Below are positions 12,630-25,690 of a DNA stretch of 64,000 nucleotides, piece after piece (positions within the stretch are counted from its first letter, which is position 1; each line of letters begins with the position of its first letter). A program made the translations under genes and the position numbers. This DNA is from Octopus vulgaris. Lineage: Eukaryota. The stretch is from assembly GCA_951406725.2 (NCBI GenBank), contig OX597814.1, forward strand, positions 115,692,001 to 115,756,000, in the 5' to 3' direction. The notes under the pieces are model-generated. The model ran no database searches and had not been told where the DNA came from. It was given only the letters and a program-made list of their open reading frames with translations.

Positions 12630-13780
12630 GTGTGTGTGTGTGTATATATATATAAGTATATATGTATGTTTATAGGTATACATATGTATGTGTGTGTGTG
12701 TGTATATATATATATATGTATACGTCTATGTGTTTGTGTATATATATATATATGTATACGTCTATGTGTGTGTGTATATATATGTATACATGTGTGTATA
12801 TATATATATATATATGTATACATGTATGTGTGTATATATATATATATGTATACATGTATGTGTGTATATATATATATATGTATACATGTATGTGTGTATA
12901 TATATATATATGTATACATGTATGTGTGTATATATATATATATGTATACATGTATGTGTGTATATATATATATGTATACATGTATGTGTGTGTATATATA
13001 TATATGTATACATGTATGTGTGTGTATATATATATGTATACATGTATGTGTGTGTATATATATATGTATACATGTGTGTGTATATATATATATATGTATA
13101 CATGTATGTGTGTGTATGTATACATGTATGTGTGTGTATATATATATGTATACATGTATGTGTGTATATATATATGTATACATGTATGTGTGTATATATA
13201 TATGTATACATGTATGTGTGTATATATATATGTATACATGTATGTGTGTGTATATATATGTATACATGTATGTGTGTGTATATATATGTATACATGTTTG
13301 TGTGTGTATATATATATATGTATACATGTATGTGTGTGTGTATATATATATATGTATACATGTGTGTGTGTGTGTATATATATATATGTATACATGTATG
13401 TGTGTGTGTATATATATATATGTATACATGTGTGTGTGTGTATATATATATATATACATGTGTGTGTGTGTGTGTGTATATATATATGTATACATGTGTG
13501 TGTGTATATATATATATATATATGTATACATGTGTGTGTGTATATATATATATATGTATACATGTGTGTGTGTATGTATATATATGTATACATGTATGTG
13601 CGTATGTATGTATATATATATATATATATGTATGTGCGTATGTATGTATATATATATATATATATGTGTATACATGTATGTGTGTATATATATATGTGTA
13701 TACATGTATGTGTGTGTATATATATATGCATTATATATATCTTGTATATGTATACATATATATATATGTGTGTGTGTGTA
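12630..13780. repeat. Compound minisatellite, unit TGTATACATG-(TATG)-(TG)n-(TA)n
   Basis: Palindromic TGTATACA core recurring every ~25-35 bp with variable dinucleotide spacers. Confidence 0.95.
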
Positions 13781-14199
13781 TTATTCTCCCACCTGTATTT
13801 TACCGTTACTCTTTATTCTTCTATTCTATTCCTTATAAACTGTAAATTTTCCCTGTCTCAAATATCCATACCTTGAATCAGATGACGGAATACCCAGTGT
13901 GTGGACATCCCTACCTATCACTTGGTTCATCCCAGAAACGGTTGTAAGACTTCAAACTCACCTTACCCTAATGAAATTGTTCTAAATGGCTTGAGATATT
14001 CGTTCTGCCTTGGTTTTGCTTTTTCGTCTAATATAGGTATATATAATTTGTGTGTATGTATATATATGTATGTGTGTGTATATATGTATGTGTGTGTATA
14101 TATATATGTGTATATGTATATATATATAATGTATATGTATATATATATATAATGTATATGTATATATATATATAATGTATATGTGTATATGTATGTATA

Positions 14200-15600
14200 T
14201 CATCATCATCGTTTAACATCCGTTTTCCACGCTAGCACGGGTTGGACAGTTCGACCGGGGTCTGGGAAGCCAGGAGGCTGCACCAGGCTCCAGTCTGATC
14301 TGGCAGTGTTTCTACAGCTGGATACCCTGCCTAACACCAACCACTCCGCGAGAGTAGTGGGTGCTTTTTACGTGCTACCGGCACAGGTGCCAGGGGAGTC
14401 TGGCAGCGGCCATGATCATTTGGTGCTTTTAATGTGCCACCGGCACGGAAGCCAGTCAAGGTGGCACTGGCATTGGCCACATTCAGATGGTGCTTTTTAC
14501 GTGCCACCAGCACAGAAACTAGTGGAGGCGGCGCTGGCATCGGCTACGTTCGGATGGTGCTTTTTATGTGCCACCGGCACAGGTATCACAACTACTATTT
14601 CTATTGATATTTATTTCGATGTTCATGTACTTGACTCAGTAGGTCTCCTCAAGCACAGCGAGTTGTTCTGAAATCCAAGGTACTTTGAATTGGGCAGGGG
14701 CTATGCGGAACTGGTGCAGGAAGCAGCCCGGGTCTTTCTAGTCACAGCATATCTCCAGAGATCTTGGTCCTTCATCATTGCCTCTGTGAGGCCCAACGCT
14801 CTGAGGTCATGCTTGACTACCTCATCCCATGTCTATCTGGGTCTACCTCTCCCTCTGATACCTTCAACTGTTTGGGAGCGTTACTTCTTCACACCTCTCC
14901 TCATTCATTCGCAGTACATGACCATACCATCGCTCTTGCACACCACATATGATGTTTCTTATGTCCAGCATTTCTCTCAGGGTGCTTACACTCTGCCGTG
15001 CGCGCACACTGACATTACACATCCAGCGGATCATGTTAACTTCATTTCTTTCAAGTCTATGCATGTCCTCTGCAGTCACAGCCCATGTTTCACTACCGTG
15101 AAGCATAGCAGTTCGCACACATGCATCATACAATCTACCTTTCACTCTGAACGAGAGACCCTTTGTCGCCAGTAAACTTTGCCCAGGCTATGCGTATTCT
15201 AGTGGTGACACTCTGAGCATCCACCTCCACTACTAACTTGGTCACCCAGGTAGCGGAAACTATCAACTACTTCTAGTTTCTCCCCCTGGAGTGTGATGGA
15301 ATCTATTTTCTGAGTATCTGTGGTGTCTATTGTCCCTGTGCATCTGCCGCACATGAATTCTATCTTATCAGTTAATTTCCCTTCGATGTTGCTGCACCTC
15401 TTATGCGTCCATAGCTTACACTGGGTACATCTTATGGAGTTTCTACCTACACCTTTCCTACAGATCGAGCAGGGCCACCTGCCCGAGGGGGTGTGTGCTG
15501 AGTTCGCCTTTCTGCTTACTATAACTTTGGTCTTTGCTACATTTACTTTGATTCTAACCCTTGCTTCCACACCCGAAATTTCTTTTCTAGTTCCGGTAGT
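14200..15600 (-). mobile_element. 5'-truncated RTE-clade LINE (RT C-terminus, PHD-like finger, 3'UTR, (GAT)n tail)
   Basis: Minus-strand [33 protein letters not shown], then KGRLYDACVRTAMLHGSETW..WYGHVLRM; continuous into the abundant 3'UTR repeat ending at (CAT)n ~14200. Confidence 0.9.
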
Positions 15601-15614
15601 ATATGTATGTCTGT

Positions 15615-15655
<41 letters not shown>

Positions 15656-16889
15656 TATATATATGTATATGTATGTATATATATATGTATATGTATATAT
15701 ATATATATGTATGTATATATGTTATATATATATGTATATGTATGTATATATATATATATATATGTATATGTATGTATATGTATGTATATATGTATATGTA
15801 TGTATATATATATGTATATATGTATGTATATGTATGTATATATATATATATATGTATGTATATATATATATATATATGTATGTATATATATATATGTATG
15901 TATATATATATATGTATGTATATATATATATGTATGTATATATATATATGTATGTGTATGTATATATATATATGTGTATGTGTATGTATATATATATATG
16001 TATATGTATGTATATATATATATGTATATGTATGTATATATATATATATATGTATATATATATGTATATGTATGTATATATATATATATGTATATGTATG
16101 TATATATATATATGTATATGTATGTATATATGTATGTATATATATATGTATATGTATGTATATATATATGTATATGTATGTATATATATATGTATATGTA
16201 TGTATATATATATATGTATATGTATGTATATATATATATGTATATGTATGTATATATATATGTATATGTATGTATATATATATGTATATGTATGTATATA
16301 TATATATTATGCATTTGTATGTATATATATATGCATATGTATGTGTATGTATATATATATATATGTGTATGTATATATATATGTATGTGTATGTATATAT
16401 ATGTGTATGTATATGTATGTGTATGTATATATATGTGTATGTATATATATATGTATGTGTATTTATATGTATGTGTATGTATATATATATATGTATGTGT
16501 ATTTATATGTATATGTATGTATATATATATGCATATGTATGTGTATGTATATGCATATGTATGTGTATTTATATGTATATGTATGTATATATATATGCAT
16601 ATGTATGTGTATGTATATGCATATGTATGTGTATGTATATATATTCTCTTTTATGTATATGTATGTATATATATATGCATATGTATATGTATGCATATGT
16701 ATATGTATGTATATATATATGCATATGTATGTGTATGTATATATGTATGTATATATATATATGTATGTGTATGTATGTATGTATATATATATATGTATGT
16801 ATGTATATATATGTATGTATGTATATATGTATGTATGTATGTATGTATATGTATGTATGTATATATGTATGTATGTATATATATGTATG

Positions 16890-16928
<39 letters not shown>

Positions 16929-17056
16929 GTATATATATGTATGTTTGTATATATGTATGTTTGTATGTATGTATATATATATGTATGTATATATATATAT
17001 GTATGTGTATGTATATGTGTATATGTATGTATATATATATGTGTGTGTGTGTATAT
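15600..17056. repeat. Very long compound (TA)/(TATG)/(TATATG) microsatellite
   Basis: Direct reading. Confidence 0.95.
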
Positions 17057-18647
17057 AGAAAGAATTTTAACGACTCATATAAGGTGTATTGGTAATTGAA
17101 AAAGTGGTGGAACAGATAGCCAGAAAATTCAGATGTCCAGCAAAACCTCCAGTCCCTCTGGTGCTGCATAGGAGAGAGTTTACTGTATTTATTTTAGTTT
17201 TGTAATCTGCTGGACACTATGACCACAACAAAAAAATCTAGTTTTATTCTCATCTATAAGCTAGTGTAATGTGAATGAATAGTTTTGGCGTGGCTTTAAC
17301 TGCTGTATTTGTCTCCAGCTCTACATTTCTGTTTAAAAAGAGTGGGTCCTGCCTTAAATAAAAGTGAATCATTCACTAAAACCAATCAGATTTCCACTGG
17401 ACTGTTGAAAAGGTGTTTAGACCACCTAACTTTCTTCATCAGAGTAATTTTATATATACCTAAATATCTCTTCTTTTTCTCTCCCCCCCCCCTCTCTTCA
17501 TATGCATTTCCATTGGAATGGAGTTACATTGCATTTTCTTATGCAAGGACAGTTTCATGTTTGAAATTAATTTGGAATCATTCGTTAAGGAGAGATTTCT
17601 GTGTTAATGGTTTCCCCCCTTCTACCAGTTTTGTTTTCATTTATCATTACTTTGTCCTCCGTGTCAGAGGATTTGATCTCAGCCCTGCAAACCACCAAAA
17701 TCACTTGTCAGCAATTTCTGGTAAATTCAGTTCTCCACTGGGTCATCAACCTATTGTTCTTTTCATTTTATCTTCTCCACTGCTAGATAAGTGGCATTCA
17801 GGAAGGTCGTCTACTTTGACCTGGACACAGCACAGTGCTTATAATGGAGTGCGAACTCCTTGGTCCACTGCGAAGGAGGCCAACCCTTTATCCAGTCAAC
17901 TAACTGTAACTTAACCCTATTATTACTTAACCTCTATCATTTGAAATCGTCCAGTCCTTATCAAGTGTTCTAACCTGCCTTACACAAGATACCTGACATA
18001 GCTTCCTCTCCTTGGAATTGTCATTTGTAAAAAAAAACAGCTTTAATAATAATATGTCTAAAATTTGGAGGTACATTAAGATTTCGTTTATATTTTGAAT
18101 TTAAAATGTCTTTTCTTTCATATTTCTAGTCATTTCCCCTCTATCTCTCTTTCACTCCCTTCCCTCCCCTCTTTCTTTTCTGTCTGTCTGTCTTTCTGTC
18201 TCAGTTAAATAAAATATACTGCTTCTAAGTTAATCATAAAATTCAGGTAAGATAATAATTTATCTCCAAAATCATTTATATGTACAATGAATTTATGGAA
18301 GCATATCTTCTGTCAAAATAAAGTATTTCATTTTTATGGGGTTTTTTCCCCAACATTATTTGCTGTTTTGTGTTTTTTTTTTTTTTTATATTCTTTTAAT
18401 CTGAATTATGTGTTCTGTACAATCCTCTTATTGTATTGTATAAACTGTAGATTTAACTATCTCAAACAAAGCTGATAATGAAGGAATTTCTGTAAGCCAA
18501 ACTGAATTCTAATTCTTACTCACTTTTTTTAGTAATGCTAGACATTGTTACATTGAAAAATGAAAAGGAAAAAAAACAGTAAACCTTGGTAGTTTTGGTT
18601 GGGAGTTATATTCTTTTTCAAAACATCCATGTTTTGTTTGTATGCAT

Positions 18648-18930
18648 ATCATCATCATCGTTTAACATCCATTTTCCATGCTAGCATGGGTTGGACAGTT
18701 CGACCGGGGTCTGGGAAGCCAGGAGGCTGCACCAGGCACCAGTCTGATCTGGCAGTGTTTCTACACCTGGATGCCCTTCCTAACGCCAACCACTCCGTGA
18801 GTGTAGCGGGTGCTTTTTACGTGCCACCGGCACGGAAGCCAGTCGAGGTGGCGCTGGCAACAGCCATGTTCAGATGGTGCTTTTTACGTGCCACCAGCAC
18901 TGGTATCACAACTACAATTTCCATTGATTT
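18648..18930 (-). mobile_element. RTE 3'UTR repeat copy
   Basis: Near-identical in parts to 14200-14610. Confidence 0.85.
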
Positions 18931-19879
18931 CGGTTTGTATATATATTTTAATATCTATCGGGAGCGACAGAGTTATTCAAGGGTTGAGAGTTTCAAGCAT
19001 CACCAAAACTACATGTATATACACAATATTGCTATTTTTATCACAAGTCTATATACATTCTTAAAATTCTATAAAGACCATTACAATCAAATATGCAAAA
19101 TTTAACCTTTTGCCGATAAAATTTATTGGCTTTACCATTTAGTTTTAACTTTTATTTCATTAATTCTTAAAAAGAATTTTTTTCACATATTACTAGTACT
19201 ACTCATTACTGTGCTTGCGTTGCATAAAAAGCACTAAGTCCACTCTGCTGAGTGGTTGATGTTAGGAAGGGCATTCAGCTGTAAAAATCCTTCCATAACA
19301 GTTACAGAAGTCTGGTGCAGGCTTTGGCCTAGCTGGCTCTAGTCGTACCATGCCAGCATGGAACACAGACGTTAAATGATGATGATGATTACTAATATGT
19401 TAAAATCTGCTGATTATAAAGATTGGTTTTCTATTTCATCAATGCTGTGTCATCATTTTACATTCCTCTTCTTTCTGGGCATGAATTGGACTGGTTTCAG
19501 CATCTCATTGCAGTTCTGTTGTCATCTGGTGCATGCAGTATGCCATGCTTTCAAAGTTATTTCTTTCCTTTTCGTTACAGCATGGATCGGTTGAATTTTA
19601 CCACCTTCTGCTGACAATGTATCAGATTTTTGTAACAGTTCTAATGAGTTCTCTCTACTTAATATCACATCTCTTTCAGAGATACAGTTCTTTTAGATGG
19701 GTTGTCTTCATTGAGACTTCAAATAACTAAAAAGATAAAGATTTGTGTTAATAGAAAAGTGAGTTTTACCTGTGCTTTGCTATTCAGATATCACTCTTCC
19801 TTTCTTTTCCAGATTTCTTTATACCAAAATTCTCTTTAACCCTTTCATTACTACAGTTCTCACCAAAATACACTCTTTC

Positions 19880-20452
19880 ATCATTGTCATCATCGTTTAA
19901 CATCTGCTTTCCATGCTGGCATGGATTGGACAGTTTGAAAGCTGGCGAGCCAGAAGGCTGCACCAGTCTCCAATCTGATCTGGCAAAGTTTCTACTGCTG
20001 GATACCCTTCCTAATGCCAACCACTCCTCAACAGGTTTTCGCAAGCAATGATTGAAGGGTACTTTTAATGGGTTGATTATACAGCACTAACATAGGCCAC
20101 AGTCACAGTCACTTGTCATTGCCTTGGTAAGTCCCAATGTTCGAAGGTCGATCTTCACCACCTCACATCAGGTCTTCCTGGGTCTACCTCCTCCGCAGGT
20201 TCCCTCAACCGCTAGGGTGTGACACTTTTTTGCACAGCTGTCCTCATCCATTCGCAACACATGACCATACCAGCGCAGTTGGCTCTCTTGCACACCACAT
20301 CCTGATGCTTCTTAAGTCCAACTTTTCTCTTGGAGCGCTTACTCTGTCGTGTATGCACACTGACATTACACATCCAGCGGACCATACTGGCTTCATTACT
20401 TGCAAGCTTACGCATGTCCTCAGCAAGCACATCCCATGTTTCACTACCGTTT
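19880..20452 (-). mobile_element. RTE-clade LINE 3' fragment (related subfamily)
   Basis: AEDMRKLASNEASMVRWMCNVSVH similar to the 14864-15145 peptide; same 3' tail. Confidence 0.85.
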
Positions 20453-20994
20453 CAATTAAATTCTAAAATAATCCTAAATTTAGACTGGTTTCATAACACA
20501 AATCTAACTTTAAAAAGCACCCAGTACACTCTTGGTTTGCATTACAAAGGACATCCAACTGTAGAAATGATGCCAAAACAGATTCTAGAACCTGGTGCGG
20601 CTCCTGCCAAACATGGAAATCCAACATTAAACCATGACAATGTTGATCCACATATTCATGGCATTGTTTTCTTCTTACTATTTTGTCTTGTGAAGTTTTT
20701 CTTATAATCTCTGAGCGAGAATTGATCAGTTGATACAAGCCAGAGTTTTACAGTAGTTCAGTGAAAGTCTAAAACTCTGCCTTTAAGGATGGCAATGTGC
20801 AATGGTTAAGAGGTATGCTTTCCAACCGCATGGCTTCAGGTTCAGTTCCACTCTGTGCCACCTAATGCAAATGACCACTACTACAGCCAGAGCCAAGCAA
20901 AGCCTTGTGAGTAGGTTTTCTTGATAGAAGCTGAAACTAAAAGAACACCAGTGTGTGTCTTTGTATCTCCTCCTCCTTGGCATCACATGATATA

Positions 20995-21410
20995 TCATCA
21001 TCATCATTTAATGTCCATTGTTCATTCTGGCATGGGTTGGACGGTTTGACTGGGCTGGAAGGCTGCACCAGACTCCAGTCTGATTTGGCACATTTTTCTA
21101 CAGCTGGATGCCCATCCTAATGCCAACCACTCCAAGAGTGTAATGGGTGCTTTTACATGCCACCAACATTGGTGCCATTTGCATGACACCGGTATCTGCC
21201 ATGACTGCAATTTTGCTCAGCTTGATGGGCTTTCTTCTCAAGCCCAACATAATGCCAAAGGTCTTGGTCGTTACCTCTGTGAGGCCCAGCACTTGAAAGG
21301 AACTCAGCCACCTCGCCTCCGTGAAGCCCAACACTCGAAAAGAACTCGGCCACTTGACCTCCGTGAAGCTCAACACTCGAAAAGAACTCAGCCACCTTGC
21401 CTCCGTGGAG
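20995..21410 (-). mobile_element. RTE 3'UTR-derived repeat with internal ~42-bp tandem triplication
   Basis: Tail (CAT)n at ~20995; GAAGCCCAACACTCGAAAAGAACTC repeated 21280-21410. Confidence 0.75.
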
Positions 21411-22789
21411 CAAATGTCACTATGATACAAGCAGTGTCCTTCCTCTCCAATCTTCCACCGGAAATATTGCCTTACTTGGAAGAAAGTGAATGTTGACGTC
21501 AAAGGTATTCAGCTGTCGAACGTCAGTTCTTTGAGAAATTCAGTCTGATCATGCAAGCATTGGAAAAGCCTGATGATGATAATATGCTGGACCTGGAAGG
21601 GACGTACTTGCTATCTATGTCCTTTGCAGACGTAATCCAACATCTTTCCTTTTTTACTTGAAATCTGGTACTTAGTCTATAGGTCTCTTGCTGACCTGCT
21701 ATTACAGGGACATAAACCAACACTGGTTGGCAAGGGACAAACAATGACACACATATTTGATGATATTCTGCACAGTTTCTGGCTCCTAAGTTCACTGACA
21801 GGGTATTGGTAAGTCTAGGGCGATAATAGAGATTTGCATTGTTCCGAGTTCAAATCCTAACTGTTTTCTTTCTTCCTTCTAAGACTAATAATTACTCGCA
21901 GAACCCATGAATATTTCATGGAATTAATGGTAAACCAATTGGGTTATTTCTGAAAACTTTATCCAAAAAACCTGAAAGCGTAGCCTGTGTTGTGTCTGTA
22001 TGGTAAGATAGTTGCTCATTTGCTATTCATTGGAAAGTTAAAGAAATTGGAATACGATGATTACTTCATGCACTTTATATATTGTATACACAGTTTTATA
22101 GACTTAATACATAGCACTCTTAAAATAAATATTCACTTTTATTTTCCCTATCAACAAAAAATATATCCTTTACATATGATACAACCTTTAGTTAAATTGC
22201 ATATATCTGCCACATAAACATGAATATGGAATTGCACTTATGCGCTAAGTGATAGGTGATATAGAAAACTTAGTTCAGTTGAAAAGAAAATACACTTTTC
22301 ACTATCCAATCACCTCTCTCTCTCTCTCTCTCTTTCTTTAAACTCACTATCAGAACATCACCCCTCTGCTTAAATTAGATTTTTTAACTCTTCTCTTCTA
22401 TATAATCACTACCTTCAACTAACTTTTTTAACCACATAATAAATATATTCTCCCTACTTCACATCATGGATGCTTCTCTCTTCCACTTTTTCTCTAATCA
22501 TGTGAAAGCATTACCGACAGGCTAAGTAACAGAATGACAAGCAGAATTATTATGAGATACCTACTCTTTGTTGTTCAAACCATTTTGTTTTGTGGCAATT
22601 CATAGGAAAACAATATTTCCATGTGAGCACCATAGAATATAGGGAAACTATTTTCTGACATAAAGTCTCTATTTTTTTTTTCAAAACTAAATTTACAGCA
22701 AGATAAAAGAAAAAAGATCGGTTTGTACACCAAAATAGCATGAAAGGAGCCAAAAATTGCATGTGAAATGCAACAGGATTAGGAGAGAT

Positions 22790-23850
22790 CATCGTCATCA
22801 TCATCATTTAATGTCCTTTTTCTGTGCTAGCATGGGCTGGATGGTTCGACCGGGATCTGGGAAGCTAGGAAGCTGCACCAAGCTCCAGACTGATCTGGCA
22901 GTGTTTCTACAGCTGGATGCCCTTCCTAATGCCAACCACTCCATGAGTGTAGTGGGTGCTTTTTACATGATACCGGCACAGGTGCCAGGTGGGGGATGGC
23001 AGCGGCCACGATCGGTTGTGCTTTTTATGTGACACCAGCACAGAAGCCAGTCAAGGCAGCGCTGGCATTGGCCACGTTCAGAGGGTGCTTTTTACTTGCC
23101 GCTGGCACAGGTATCATAACTACAATTTCCATTTGATTTTTATTTTGAATGTTGATGTACTTGACTCAATAGGTCTCCTCAAGCACAGCAGGTCGCCCTA
23201 CGATCCAAGGTAAGCACTATGTACTTACAATGAATAAATTGACAAATACAGTCTGTTTCTTCAGGCCAAACCTGTAGTCTGGTTTTGGTTTCCTATTTCA
23301 AACTTTGTTTTATTTCATGACTTTTCAGGGGAAGACATAGAAGTCATGAATGCCATTTTACTTCCCCAACGTCTCCCTAAAAATCTGAAGCTTTTATTTG
23401 TGTAAGAAATTAGTTTTTTGTGGACACTTGAAATTGGCCTTTTACCAAATTTCATTTGGAGTTGATTTCATGTCAACATTTTGTATTGACGTCATGACCA
23501 CATCATCAGCAGCAGCAGCATCATCGTTTAACATCCGTTTTCCATGCTAGCATGGGTTGGACGGTTTGACCGGGATCTGGGAAGCCAGGAGGCTGCACCA
23601 GGCTCCAGTCTGATCTGGCAGTGTTTCTACAGCTAGATGCCCTTCCTAATGCCAGCCACTCCGTGAGTGTAGTCGGTGCTGTTTACGTGCCACCGGCATG
23701 GAAGCCAGTCATGGTGGTGCTGGCATCGACCACGTATGGATGGTGCTTTTTACATTCCACTGGCACAGGTGCCAGAGGAGGCTGGCAACGGCCACGATTG
23801 GTTGGTGCTTTTTACGTGCCACCCACACGGAAGCCAATCAAGGTGGCACT
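22790..23850 (-). mobile_element. Two RTE 3'UTR repeat copies (22790-23212 and 23500-23850)
   Basis: Same sequence family as 14200-14660. Confidence 0.8.
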
Positions 23851-24204
23851 GAAATTTGCTGTGTGTGGTCCCACCCACATGGTTCTGGGTACAGTCCCAC
23901 TTCATGGGCCATATTGGACAAGTGTCTTCTACTATATCTTTGGGCCAACCAAAGCCTTGTGTATGGATTTAGTAGATGGAAACTGAAAGAAGCCTGTCAT
24001 ATATATTTGTATGTGTGTGTGTCCCCTATCATTGCTTGACTACCATTGTTTGTGGGTTTACATCCTCATAACTTAGCAGTTTAGCAAAGAGGCTGGTAGA
24101 ATAAGTACTAGAACTTAAAAAACAAGTCCTGTGGTCATGTTATCTGACAAACACTTCAAGGTGGTGCTCCAGCCTGGCCACAGTCAAATGACTGAAACAA
24201 ATAA

Positions 24205-24940
24205 AAGAATGGCTGTGTGGTAAGAAGCTTGCTTCCCAACCACATGGTTTCTGAGTTCAGTCCCACTGCATGGCACCTTGGGCAAGTGTCTTCAAGTATA
24301 GCCTTGTGAGTGGATTTAGTAGATGGAAACTGAAAGAAGCCCATCATATATATATGTATGTATTTGTGTGTCTGTGTTTGTCCCCACCACCATCGTTTGA
24401 CAACCAATGTTGGTGTGTTTCTGTCCCTGTAACTCAATGGTTCAGCAAAAGAGACCAATAAGTCCTGGGGTTGATTTGTTTGACTAAAGGCAGTGCTCCA
24501 GTGTGGCCTGAATCGAATAACTGAAGCAAGTAAAAGAATAAGAGAAAAAATACTTGTGTGCAGGTGTGGTTTTGTGGTAAGTAGCTTGCTTACCAACTAC
24601 ATGGTTCCGGGTTCAGTCCCACTGCATGGCACCTTGGGCAAGTGTCTTCTACTATAGCCTCGGGCTGATCAAAGCCTTGTGAGTGGATTTGGTAGATGGA
24701 AACTGAAAGAATCCCATTGTATATATACATATATGTATGTGTCTATGTTTTTCCCCCCTCCATCACTTGACAACCAATGCTGGTGTGTTTATGTCCCCGT
24801 AACTTAGAGCTTCGACAAAGAGAAACCGATAGAAGAAGTACTAGGCTTACAAAGAATAAGTCCTGGGGTCGAATTGTCCGACTAAAGGCAGTGCTCCAGA
24901 ATGGCCACAGTCAAATGACTGAAACAAGTAAAAGAATAAA
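24205..24940 (+). mobile_element. Tandem tRNA-derived SINEs ('family A': GTGGCTGTGTGGTAAG..GGTTCAGTCCC..GGCACCTTGGGCAAG..TGACTGAAACAAGTAAAAGA)
   Basis: A-box/B-box-like head, internal (TA/TG) tract, conserved 3' end; copies at ~24205 and ~24558. Confidence 0.85.
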
Positions 24941-25490
24941 TGAAAGGTATGTGTATTTATGTACATATAAATGATATAGGTGTGGTGGTAATGCTAGCTC
25001 ATGCGTGTATAATTTTTTTTTCTTTTCTTTCTCAATGTCAACCTCTCCTCCTGTACAAGACATTGCACTCTGTCTTCCTCATAAATGCCTGGGTGTACTA
25101 TTATCCACTGTTGAGTGTCTAAAAATCATTTCAGCTTTGACAATGTTATTTAGTGTAAAGTACAAAAGTAAAGTAATGCGGTACAGGCACGTTTATTTTA
25201 AACTCAGATCTCCACCTCCTAACACGTTGTTATCTGTTTGTGAAATAAAATCACTTCTGCATTTTACACTTGGCTTCATTGTTAAGGCCAGCTGCAAGTG
25301 GAGGCACAATGGTGAAGTACACGAATTCACAATAACATATGACCTTTATTACAATTATATATTATGTCCAAAAGTCTGCAATAATTTAACTGTTATGAGA
25401 TGTATGTATATATGTCTATGCATGTACATAGATTCACTCACATACTTATCGATATAAGTATATGTATATGTGTGTGCAGAGAGTAGTAAA

Positions 25491-25690
25491 GTGGAGGCGC
25501 AATGGCCCTGTGGTTAGGGCAGCGGACTCACGGTCGGAGGATCGAGGTTTCGATTCCCAGACCAGGCGTTGTGTGTGTTTATTGAGCGAAAACACCTAAA
25601 AGCTCCATGAGGCTCTGGCAGGGGATGGTGGCAACCCCTGTTGTACTCTTTCACTCCAACTTTCTCTCACTCTTATTTCCTGTTTCTTGT
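25491..25690 (+). mobile_element. tRNA-derived SINE, third family (GGAGGCGCAATGGCCC.GTGGTTAGGGCAGCGGACTC..GGTTTCGATTCC)
   Basis: Clear Pol III A and B boxes followed by non-tRNA body. Confidence 0.75.

Noticed and set aside
8916-17169. Long Y/I/C/V/M/H/T-rich ORFs (up to 591 aa), also at 50236-51462
   Set aside because: They are translations of (TA/TG)n microsatellites, which lack stops in all frames.
17309-17914. 201-aa ORF
   Set aside because: Non-ATG start, no recognisable domain, composition typical of T-rich non-coding DNA.
25491-25570. tRNA gene
   Set aside because: A/B boxes are present but there is no closing acceptor stem or terminator; it continues into a SINE body.
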